64,000 nt of DNA from Desulfomonilia bacterium (GTDB taxonomy: Bacteria; Desulfobacterota; Desulfomonilia; UBA1062): positions 384,001-448,000 of the forward strand of contig CAXXDQ010000003.1 of the NCBI GenBank assembly GCA_963664325.2. The letters run 5' to 3'. Positions within the stretch are counted from its first letter, which is position 1. Each line of letters opens with the position of its first letter. Positions 30,347 through 39,697 of this stretch are shown here, piece after piece. The translations under genes and the position numbers were made by a program. The notes beneath the pieces are model-generated. The model did not search any database. It had not been told where the DNA came from and saw only the letters and a list, made by a program, of their open reading frames with translations.

Positions 30347-31708
30347 ATACTTTCCTTCATGGCTCCTATATCGCCGATGATCTTTAAATGGGCCTTTTCG
30401 TCGATGGGATAGAAAGAGAAAACTGTCATTCCGGCAATGATGAAAAGCAGCGGAACCAGCGTGACCATCACTTTTATGCCGAAAAGGGCAGTACCGCTCT
30501 GAACAGTATTAGGGACATAACCCGAAAGCTTTAGTCCCCAGCCGGCTATGAACCGGAAACAGCAGCGCTTATTTTGAAGCACAGGAAAAAGCATCCGAAC
30601 AGCGTCCCTTCACGCCTCAATCCTGTTTTCAGCTCCGAGTATTCGACAGTATCGGGAACAAGCGCCCAGGGAGAAAGATAGATCGTGGAAAAACCTATAC
30701 CGCCGAGAATGAAAAGCAGCATTACAATCGTTGTGCCGGCATCTCCCAAAAAGTAAAAAAGTATGAGCATAAGGCCCAGAAGGCCTACGCCAAGATTGAA
30801 GGCGAACTTCTTCCCTCTGGCCTTTGATATGAAAACGAATACGGGAATAAAGATTGCAGCCGTTACAAACAGGGCGAGAAATGCAAAAGGGATCATCTTT
30901 TCCATCCGAAGATTGTATTTGAAATAGTAATTTACCATTGCCGCAAGCAGATAGACCGCTATCATGTAAAGGACAGTTGAGGTAGCAAGGATGATAAACG
31001 GTGTATTGACCTTGATCACCCAAAGGCTGTTCTTTATGGAAAGCTTCTCTTCTAACGGGTGAGCTACCCGCTCTCTGACGCTGGCGAAGGTGATGATCAG
31101 TATCACTGAGATTATGATTGCATAAAAGATTCCAACCATCCTGAAGCCGTAGGCCTCATTCGGGAATAATGCAACCAGAGGTTTTGTAGCCCCTGCAGCG
31201 AAGAGTGAACCGAGAAGGGCGAATATCCCCTGAAGCCGGATATGCTCGATCGCTCTTTTGCATCCAGAGTCATGTCTGCAATCAATGCCGCATAAGGCAC
31301 ACTGACTACTGCGATAGCTGTGCTGAAAAGCATAAAGGTCACCGTCGCATAGGCTATTCTGTAGCCCTCTGACAGTTTGGGGCCGGCGAACACCAGAAAG
31401 ACAGCCAGCGACAGAGGTATTGCCCCAAACAGCAGATACGGACGCTTTTTCCCCCATTTAGTTCTTGTATGGTCGGTAATGACGCCGACAACAGGGTCGC
31501 TTACGGCATCCCAGAGTTTTGAGACCATAAAGATGGTACCTGCGCTCACGGCGCTTATCATGAACACATCGGTGAAAAAGTAGATAAGATAAAGCGCGCA
31601 AACCTGATAGGCAACATTAACGGCGAAGTCGCCCGTTCCGTATCCGAACTTCATCGAGAACGGGATATTATCTCTTCCCTCGATGTTTTGAACCGGCATA
31701 CTTTTCAT
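30343..31708 (-). CDS. GPH/MelB cation symporter 2; two -1 frameshifts near 31228 and 30553
   Basis: Three ORF fragments collinear with the paralog at 27643-29013 (KFGYGTGD, YQVCALYL, PDTVEYSELKTGLRREG). Confidence 0.88.
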
Positions 31709-34286
31709 ATCATTTTGTGTTCACTTCTTGCGATGATTTCTTCCTGTATTTCATTTCCGAGTTCGACGAAATATGCACTATAGCCTCCGACTTTTACAAT
31801 GACATCTCTGAACTGGTCAGGATTTTTTTTGCGCAGCGCGCAGGGTTTCAGTAGAAACGATTGTAGGTTGGAGCTGTTCTCCGCCGAGGCTGAAATATGT
31901 CTTTATGAGGGATATCCATTTTTTCTGCGTTTCCTCGGTTGCGCCGATCGCCGAAGGATGCACCTTGATGTTGACGGCGCAGCCCAGAACTTCACTGAAG
32001 TCTATTGCCGCAACCGAGCGGAGGACTCCGGTGACACCGTTTTTATCCACATTGTACGGACCACAGCTCGGCGCATAGGGCTTGCCTGCTTTTCTGCCGT
32101 CAGGAGTGGCGACAGCAATCCGCCCGTCATAGGTGTGAGATGTCATGCTGTTTATATACGGTGCATAAAAACCTTTGTTAAAGGTCTTGTATTTGTAGGT
32201 CTCGTCGAAAATTCCCTTTGTTATCCGGGAAGCGATTTCATCGGATTCGGAATTTCCGTTGCCCCACTTTCCTTCAACGTTTTCAATGAGGCTTAATATG
32301 CGGTCATGTCCCTCGAAATTATTATCAATCGCTTGAATCAACTCGGCGAATGTAAACAGCCTCTTATCGAATATAAGCTTCTTTATTATGTATAAAGAAT
32401 CAACAACATTGGCGATGCTGTTGAGCATGAGTATGCCTTCGAGCGTATATATGCCTCCGCCGTGAACGACGTCTCTTTTATTTTCAAAACATCCCTGAAT
32501 GAATGCCGAGATGTGTGGTGCAGGAAATTTCTCGGCAAAACATTTGTCGCGTATGTGTGTCGCATCGACGACAATCTTCATCTGGAATGAGGCCTGTTTG
32601 ATGAAAGCATCCACTAGTTCATTAAATGATTTAAACGTGTCCGGATCGCCGGTTTTGACCCCGACATTGCTCAGTGTCCCTATGAGGGTCTGCGAATTGC
32701 CGTTCCTGAGCGTCATGTCCAGGATACGACACAATGGCATTGCCGAAAATCCTTCATGTCCGGTTTTTCCTTCGGATATCATGTCGACGCATCCCGTTAG
32801 GCAAAATGCATTTGCGTCCTGCCTTGAAAAGCCGCGTTTGGTGAGAGCCCGGATGCTTACATCATCGTTTATTACGGCCACACTCGAAACGCCGTGATAG
32901 TGCAGATCGGCAACGGCCTTATAAAGCATTTCCGGCGAGTTCATATGAAGACGGACAAAAAAATTCATAGTGGTTTTCGAACAGGCTGCAGCCTCGAGCA
33001 TGAGAAAGGAGAGTTCATTCGTAGCGTCTTTTCCGTCTTCGGTCAAGCCACCCATAGTAACGGGCATCGATCCTTCATACCGTTGCACATATGCACTTGT
33101 ATAGCCCGAAAACGGGCGTATGTTGTGGGTTATTATCTTTAGAAAAAGTTCTTCCAGCAGTTCTTTGGCTTCCTCCCTGCTGATAAGGCCGTTTTTCATA
33201 TCGCTTTCATAATACGGGAAAAAACAGCTGATCCAGTCTGCCCGGGCCGTGAGCGTTCAAGGGAACGGCAAGTTCGACTGCGGTTTTTACCGTCCAAAAC
33301 GACTGAACCGCCTCAGCAAAGGTTGTCGCCGGGTGCAGGGGTACTCTTGAACAGCGCTCGTAGATCTCAGACAGTGTTTTCCTGCGTTCGGGATCGGTTT
33401 CCTTATCGGCCTCTGACTTGACTTTTTCGGCGAGCCTTCTGGCATAGATTATAACGCCATCGAGTGCAATGCCGGCCGACTTCAGGAAATCCCTTTCTTC
33501 CTCGCTCATCTCTTTGCCGTTAGACAGCTCCGAGGATATTCTTTCCTTCATTTTCAGAAGGCCGTCCCTGATAGGTGTTTTATGGTCAAGTATCAGATGT
33601 CCCTGCCATGTACACGTAACTGCCCCGGGAGATAGGAATGTCCAGTAGCTGGCAGTATCTCTCGGAAGGGCCGCCACGAAGTCCTTCATGTCTCCTTTGT
33701 AGATATCCGAGTTTTTCAGTTCTTTATGAAAAATTTCTGCGAGCGTCTTGCCTTCCCAGTACGGCAAAAGGTCATTCTGCAGGAATTTCTTGTCGCCAAT
33801 GCCGATTCTGTATGGATTCACCTTTCTCTCAGACATTGTTTTTGTCCCTATGCCGGGCATATCCGCTCCGATTCTTTTCAGCTTTCTGGCGCTGTTGTAG
33901 AGCTTGAAAACACCGTATTTCTTGATAAGATATTTGTAGAAATTCAGGTTTGTCTTTACCTGATGCAGAATAACAGACTGTTTATCAAGTTCTATCTTGA
34001 GAACATCATTGAAAATACCTTTTTCGATGTCGATAGGAACGCCCAGAAAATTCTCTGTCCATGTACCGACAATCCTGTCGTCTGGATCAATATTCAGGTT
34101 CATGTTTTCATATACGTTTTTAAGTGAAAGGGCGACTCTTATTCCAAGCGGAAGATTGCCGGTCTCTGTCTTTTTCCATTTTTCCGTATAATATTTTGCA
34201 CGTTCTATTGATATGACAGGGACTTCTTCATGATACCTTCTGCGAATTCTTTGAATCCTTTCAGATGCCATGTATTGCCGTTCCAT
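31705..34286 (-). CDS. Glycyl radical enzyme paralog 2; +1 frameshifts near 33222 and 31826
   Basis: Fragments 33207..34292, 31817..33199 and the tail PDQFRDVIVKVGGYSAYFVELGNEIQEEIIARSEHKMI* are collinear with GRE1; TGCVDM Cys loop; GGGAGG RBS. Confidence 0.88.
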
Positions 34287-34339
34287 AACCAACCTCCCTT
34301 TTAAGGTAATCAGGCAGACGTTTCTCCATACAAATTGTA

Positions 34340-34441
34340 TGTATGAGGAAATCGTAGAAGGTTGTCAAGTGAATAATATTCAACAATAAATGATTAATGT
34401 TAAAAAGCCATAAAAAGGCATTAAAAGCCATTAAAATGGCA
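34340..34441 (-). promoter_or_regulatory. Promoter region of the GRE2 operon: TTGACA, palindrome TGAATAATATTCA and four phased 10-bp repeats
   Basis: TTGACA on the minus strand at 34363-34368; palindrome at 34370-34382; taaaaagcca/taaaaaggca/ttaaaagcca/ttaaaatggc at 34401-34440. Confidence 0.55.
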
Positions 34442-34596
34442 TATTTATAAATATGAACTAATGGTATGAAATACAATAAAATAATCATATTCAATTAAAA
34501 ATGTAAATGCTGCTCGTTGCCGGTGTTATGAAAAAGAGGGAAACTGGGTGATGGTTGCAGAGAAAAATTGAAACCGGTTGGGAATGTGAAGGTGTT

Positions 34597-35238
34597 CTAC
34601 GGTCTGTTTTTAAGAATTCCGAAGAAGGTCATTTCAAGAGACTGTTTGATAAGTTCTTCGAGCTTGATATGAATAACTGTCCCGATATTGTTTCTTTCTG
34701 CAAGGAGGATAAGTCCGTCCATCAACCCCCAGAATATATTCGTGGCTTTCCATGTATCAAGAGGGAGGAACTCCCCTGAATCGATCCCATGCTTTATTAT
34801 ATCTTCGATTAATTTCAGAAGTTTCAATGTCTTTACCCTGATGATTTCGCTTAACTCGGAATCGGTTTCCTTGAGTTCCTTTGGTGTTGCGCTTAGTACG
34901 GAAAGGATGTCGAAATATTCTCTGTATTCAGTGTAATATCGGAGATATGTCATAGCCAGAGAGGATAGCTTTGCAGTACAGTTCATGGCAGGCCAGGAAA
35001 GGGTTTTTTCGATCATACCTGTTAAGAGGTCGAGACCCTCTTCCTGAAGGGTCTTATATATTTCAATCTTGTTTTTGTAATAGACATAGAAGGAACCGGT
35101 GCTCAAGCCGGCCTTCTGAGTGATCATGTTGATGGTCGTGCCGTAATAGCCTGTTGCGAAAAACAATTCTTTAGCTGACTTGAGCAGCATTAGTCTGCGC
35201 TTCTGCTTGTCCTCGACTGTTCTGGCGCGAATATTCAT
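34597..35238 (-). CDS. TetR/AcrR family regulator
   Basis: AKELFFATGYYGTT...AGLSTGSFYVYYKNK HTH. Confidence 0.93.
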   Translation of the reverse strand: MNIRARTVEDKQKRRLMLLKSAKELFFATGYYGTTINMITQKAGLSTGSFYVYYKNKIEIYKTLQEEGLDLLTGMIEKTLSWPAMNCTAKLSSLAMTYLRYYTEYREYFDILSVLSATPKELKETDSELSEIIRVKTLKLLKLIEDIIKHGIDSGEFLPLDTWKATNIFWGLMDGLILLAERNNIGTVIHIKLEELIKQSLEMTFFGILKNRP

Positions 35239-35338
35239 TGAAAGTCTTGTGTTATCCAGTGTTACAACCTAAGTCAAGTCCTGTTTGAGGCATCAAGCTG
35301 CCGGTTTTTGCGGGGATATGCTTTATAAGTGTTGCGAT

Positions 35339-36961
35339 TCATTTGAAAGTAGGTTTTGTTTTCTCCCAGAACATCCTTTCTTCTGTTCCCGGATCGTCAA
35401 CAACCATGCACTTTTCGTTAAAGATCATGGTAGCCCTTGTCTTGGTATCGTATCTGGGCCACTCCGGTATGCCCTTGTGATTGGGATTACCGGTTTTGGC
35501 AAATGCCAGCCATGCATCCATCATATTTTCGGTGAGGGAAACAGGCGGGTTGTCACCCACTTCGGCGTCCTTGTTGTCCAGGACGAAACGAAGCTCTAGA
35601 GCATGACGCGAACCGTAGACGCCTTTATCAATAGGCGAATCCCATGTGAACAGATACATCCAGGTATTGCCGAAACCGGCCTGGGCCTCAGCCAGATGGA
35701 TCTGCGGCATGCGGAAGAAAAAGTCAGTGGCTATAGCAAGTCCGATATCCCCTGTCTTGGCATTAGGCATTCTCTTTCTGTAAAAGTCGATCACGTTGGT
35801 TTTTGTTGGTGAATCCCAGCCTTTCGTATCCGGTGTAAAAGTCAGCAAGACGGAAGCTGGGATATAAGGCAGCAGGGGCTCGTATTTTATCCAGAACCTG
35901 GCCTCGTCCTCGGTTGTTCCCGTAAGAAGGGAGACATTTTTTGCCGAGCCTTCGTAAACGGCCTTGATCGGGTCGACTGGCACTACCCTGCCGTCGCGGA
36001 CCGGTCCGAACAGGCGGTCGGTTGCAAGGCCCGCTTCCTTGAGAAGCTTCTGCTGGGCAACGAAGAAATCCTTCACAGGAAGCGCCTTCAGGCCTTTAAT
36101 GTCCGATACGCCTGCAAGTTCCATAAACCGTCTGGTTACGTCCTGTGCGTATTCTTTTGATCTCGTAATCCTTATGGCCCCGCTCTGCGGAATGGCTTTT
36201 GTGAAAAGGCCCTGCGCCTGGCTGACAGAGAGAAGTGTCGAAACGCTTCCTGCTCCTGCAGATTCACCGAATATTGTCACATTATCCGGATCGCCGCCAA
36301 AGGCCGCAATATTGTCATGGACCCATTTAAGCGCCGTTATCTGGTCCAGCACAGCGAGGTTTCCGCTGTCTGCATATGCCTCTCCGCCGACCAACGAAAG
36401 GTCGAGATATCCCATAGCGCCCATGCGGTAGTTGAAATTCACTGCAACGATCTTTCCCTTCCTGGCGATGTTGCCACAATCATACAGGGGGTCCATGCCC
36501 GAGCCCCAGAGATAGCCGCCGCCGTGGATGTACACCATTACGGGGCGTTTGGCGTTATCAAGTGCGGGGGTCCATATGTTGAGCGTGAGACAGTCCTCAT
36601 CCTGAAGATATAGCGATGACGGCTCGGTTTTGTCAAAGGATTGGGGGAAGACGGGCCCGAACGTGTGCGCCTTCAGGATACCCTTCCAGGGCTTGACAGG
36701 CTGAAGCTTTTCAAACCTGAGTTCTCCGACCGGAGGCTCGGCATAGGGTATTCCCAGAAAGCTCAGAAACCCGTCAGGTTCCACCCTGCCTGCAATGCGT
36801 CCCTTGTCTGTTACGGCAACAACCTGGTTTATTATGCGTCCCTTGGCCAGATCCGGGATATTCACAGGGATGGCCTTGTTGTGAGAGCATCCTGCCGGAG
36901 CAAGAAATATGAACAATGTTACAAGAACAGTTGTAGTCGTCCTGAAGATTATTCGCTGCAT
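35339..36961 (-). CDS. Type-B carboxylesterase/lipase (pNB esterase-like), probable lipoprotein
   Basis: FLGIPYA, EDCLTLNIW, HGGG, FGESAG, HALE; lipobox-like APAGC. Confidence 0.93.
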   Translation of the reverse strand: MQRIIFRTTTTVLVTLFIFLAPAGCSHNKAIPVNIPDLAKGRIINQVVAVTDKGRIAGRVEPDGFLSFLGIPYAEPPVGELRFEKLQPVKPWKGILKAHTFGPVFPQSFDKTEPSSLYLQDEDCLTLNIWTPALDNAKRPVMVYIHGGGYLWGSGMDPLYDCGNIARKGKIVAVNFNYRMGAMGYLDLSLVGGEAYADSGNLAVLDQITALKWVHDNIAAFGGDPDNVTIFGESAGAGSVSTLLSVSQAQGLFTKAIPQSGAIRITRSKEYAQDVTRRFMELAGVSDIKGLKALPVKDFFVAQQKLLKEAGLATDRLFGPVRDGRVVPVDPIKAVYEGSAKNVSLLTGTTEDEARFWIKYEPLLPYIPASVLLTFTPDTKGWDSPTKTNVIDFYRKRMPNAKTGDIGLAIATDFFFRMPQIHLAEAQAGFGNTWMYLFTWDSPIDKGVYGSRHALELRFVLDNKDAEVGDNPPVSLTENMMDAWLAFAKTGNPNHKGIPEWPRYDTKTRATMIFNEKCMVVDDPGTEERMFWEKTKPTFK

Positions 36962-37068
36962 GTTATTCTCCTCGAAATTAAGTGTTGTATAATAAAAATT
37001 ATATTTTTCTAATCATGTTTAAACTAAAAAAGGCGTGCTTGCAATATACTCGAATTAATATGCCAAAT

Positions 37069-37728
37069 TTAAAAGGTGTTTTCGGCTATTCCATTGAAGG
37101 TCATATCGAGTGCCTCGTTAATCAAGGCCTCAAGTCCGCAGCCGATTACGTTTTCCAGATTATGCCGTTCGGCAAGCAATATCAACCCGTCCATCATGCC
37201 CCAGTAGACATTTGCAATCTTCCATGCATCAACTGCTTTTATTTCCTTTTCCTCGATGCCCTTTGCAATAACCGCCTGTATGGTTCTCATAAGGTTGAAT
37301 GTCTCTTCATTGACGATATGGCTTATTTCCGATTCGGTTTCCTTGAGCTCGGCAGGGGTGGCGCTGAGGACGGCTATGATTTCAAAAAACTCGTGGTGCT
37401 CGCGATAAAACCTGTAATAAGTTAAAGCGAGGTCAACGAGCCTGGACAGAGCATTCTTATATGGTTTTGAAAGGGTGTCCTCCATCATCTCCGAGAGTAT
37501 GCCCAGGCCCTTGAGCTGGAGCGCTTTGTATATGTCTATCTTGCTCCTGTAATAAAGGTAGAATGTCCCTGTGCTGACGCCTGCATTTTTTGTTATATCG
37601 ACGATGGTTGTACCATAGTATCCGCGTGTTATGAAAAGCCCGGTAGCCGATTCCAGGATTTTCTCCCTCATCAGCCCCTTTTCTTTTTCCGTCCTTGAAC
37701 GGCGTCTTGCAGGTGCATTTCCGCTCAT
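37069..37728 (-). CDS. TetR/AcrR family regulator, paralog of 34597..35238
   Basis: HTH; shares VLSATPxELKET.SE.S and WG.MDGLILLAER segments with the paralog. Confidence 0.93.
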   Translation of the reverse strand: MSGNAPARRRSRTEKEKGLMREKILESATGLFITRGYYGTTIVDITKNAGVSTGTFYLYYRSKIDIYKALQLKGLGILSEMMEDTLSKPYKNALSRLVDLALTYYRFYREHHEFFEIIAVLSATPAELKETESEISHIVNEETFNLMRTIQAVIAKGIEEKEIKAVDAWKIANVYWGMMDGLILLAERHNLENVIGCGLEALINEALDMTFNGIAENTF

Positions 37729-37879
37729 TTTTATTCTCCCCGGGTTTAATAGTGCTCTGATATCTATACCAATACAAACAGGCCGGGCAAATATAATAAG
37801 AAATCAGGCAGGAATTTGTTCCTGATCATGCCGCTTGCCTCGATATAAAAACCTGCGCAGATAAGGCATCAATGCAATT

Positions 37880-37910
37880 AAAACAAAAGGCGTACTTTGC
37901 AGTACGCCTT
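37880..37910 (-). terminator. Intrinsic terminator of the dehydratase/CoA-ligase operon
   Basis: Minus strand aaggcgtact-gcaa-agtacgcctt followed by ttgtttt. Confidence 0.75.
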
Positions 37911-37961
37911 GGTGATAAGATAAAGAATGACGCTTGAATCTAAAGCAACAGGGTCCTGCAA

Positions 37962-39686
37962 TCAGTCCCCGGCATACTTTCCTTCCGCCCTGAGCTTTGC
38001 CTTTTCCTCTTCCTCCAGGGTGTTGAACGCTATCTTTCCGACAAGCGTTTTGGGCAGGTCATCCCTGAACTCGATTTCCCTCGGGCAGCTCCAGAGAAGC
38101 AGGTGCTCGCGGCAGTGTGCAATAAGCGCCTTTTCAGTATCGGGGCCAGCTTTCGACTTGTCTTTCAATACGATAAACGCCTTGACCCTGGAGATCTGCG
38201 CCTTGTCGGGCACGCCGATAACGCAGGCCATGTCGACATCCGGGTGTGTTCTCAGGACTTCCTCCACCTGGGCCGGATAGACATTCATGCCCGAGGATTT
38301 TATCATGCGCTTCAGCCTGAGCTTGAAATATGTAAAACCGTCATTGTCCATTGTTGCTATGTCGCCGGTGTGCAGCCATGTTTTTCCATCCGCATGTTTC
38401 TTGAGAACAGCGGCGGACTCTTCCGGCTGGTCGAGGTATCCCAGCATCACTGCAGGGCCCGAGATGCAGATCTCACCTTCCTCTCCCGCTGGCGCCTCTT
38501 CAGTTGTGCCTATCTTTACGATTTTTGCAAGCATGTCGGGGAAGGGTACGCCGACACTCCCTTCACGGTATTCATCCATAGGCATGGCCATGATTGCTGT
38601 AACCGCTTCGGTGAGTCCATAGCCTTCAAGCAGTTTGACCTTGCCGCCCTGCCTTGCAACGACCCGCTCGAATTCCTCCTTTACCACACGCGGCAATGTG
38701 TCGGCACCGCTGAAGCAGCCTTTCATGCATGACAGGTCTGCCTTGTTGAACTGCTCGTTTCTTGTAAGGGCATCGAACAGTGTGGGCACCCCTACAACGA
38801 AGCTCGGCCTTTTCTTTGCTATCAGGTCAGCAACAATCTCAGGTGTGAACTGGGGCACCAGGATACTCTGCCCTCCGCCCATGAATGCCGCATTCACACA
38901 GACTCCCAGCCCGAAACCATGGAATATCGGCAGGATTGCAAGGAGTTTGTCCTTTTCATCCATTTTCCCCCAGTGAGCCACCTGCATGCCTTCACTGATG
39001 AAATTCATGTGCGAAAGCATAATGCCTTTGGGTACGCCCGTTGTCCCGCCCGAGTACATGATTACAGCCATTTCATCCGGATCAACTTTGGCGGTCTCAA
39101 CTCTGGGATAACCTGCGTTCATCATCTCTTTCCACCAGACGACCTCTTTGTCGGCCGGGACTTTCGGGATCTTTCTTCCCTTCGTGAGGTTGAATCCGAT
39201 TTTTTTAACAAGCGGCAGGTAATCGGGAATTCTTGCAAGGATGAGTGTCTTGCATTGAGTCTTTTCCATACCCTGTTTGAAGTTTTTGTAAAATGCATCA
39301 ATGGTGAGAGCGAATGTGCTCTTGCTGACATTCAGGTAAAATTCTATTTCTTTCGGCGGTGAGAGCGGGTGAATCATGCTTGCGATTGCGCCGAGCTTTA
39401 TGATCGCATAAAAACATATAATGCCCTGCGGAGTTGTCGGCATGGATATGGTCATACGGTCGCCCTTTTTCAAACCCAATGCCGCCAGTGCGTTTGCGCA
39501 CCTGTCAATCTCCCCGGCGAACTCCTTGTATGTGCCGGTATAGCCCATGAAGTCCCAGGCGATCTTGTCGGGGAAGCGCCCGACAGTCTTCATCAGCGCC
39601 TCATAAAGGCTTACCCTCGGGTAATCGATGGCCGGCGGGACATTGCCGTAAAACTTCAACCAGGGTTTTGTATCTGATAAGCCCAT
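37962..39686 (-). CDS. Long-chain acyl-CoA synthetase (AMP-forming)
   Basis: YSGGTTGVPKG, EGYGLTE, HTGD, LPKTLVGK. Confidence 0.93.
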   Translation of the reverse strand: MGLSDTKPWLKFYGNVPPAIDYPRVSLYEALMKTVGRFPDKIAWDFMGYTGTYKEFAGEIDRCANALAALGLKKGDRMTISMPTTPQGIICFYAIIKLGAIASMIHPLSPPKEIEFYLNVSKSTFALTIDAFYKNFKQGMEKTQCKTLILARIPDYLPLVKKIGFNLTKGRKIPKVPADKEVVWWKEMMNAGYPRVETAKVDPDEMAVIMYSGGTTGVPKGIMLSHMNFISEGMQVAHWGKMDEKDKLLAILPIFHGFGLGVCVNAAFMGGGQSILVPQFTPEIVADLIAKKRPSFVVGVPTLFDALTRNEQFNKADLSCMKGCFSGADTLPRVVKEEFERVVARQGGKVKLLEGYGLTEAVTAIMAMPMDEYREGSVGVPFPDMLAKIVKIGTTEEAPAGEEGEICISGPAVMLGYLDQPEESAAVLKKHADGKTWLHTGDIATMDNDGFTYFKLRLKRMIKSSGMNVYPAQVEEVLRTHPDVDMACVIGVPDKAQISRVKAFIVLKDKSKAGPDTEKALIAHCREHLLLWSCPREIEFRDDLPKTLVGKIAFNTLEEEEKAKLRAEGKYAGD

Positions 39687-39697
39687 AAGTCCTCCTC

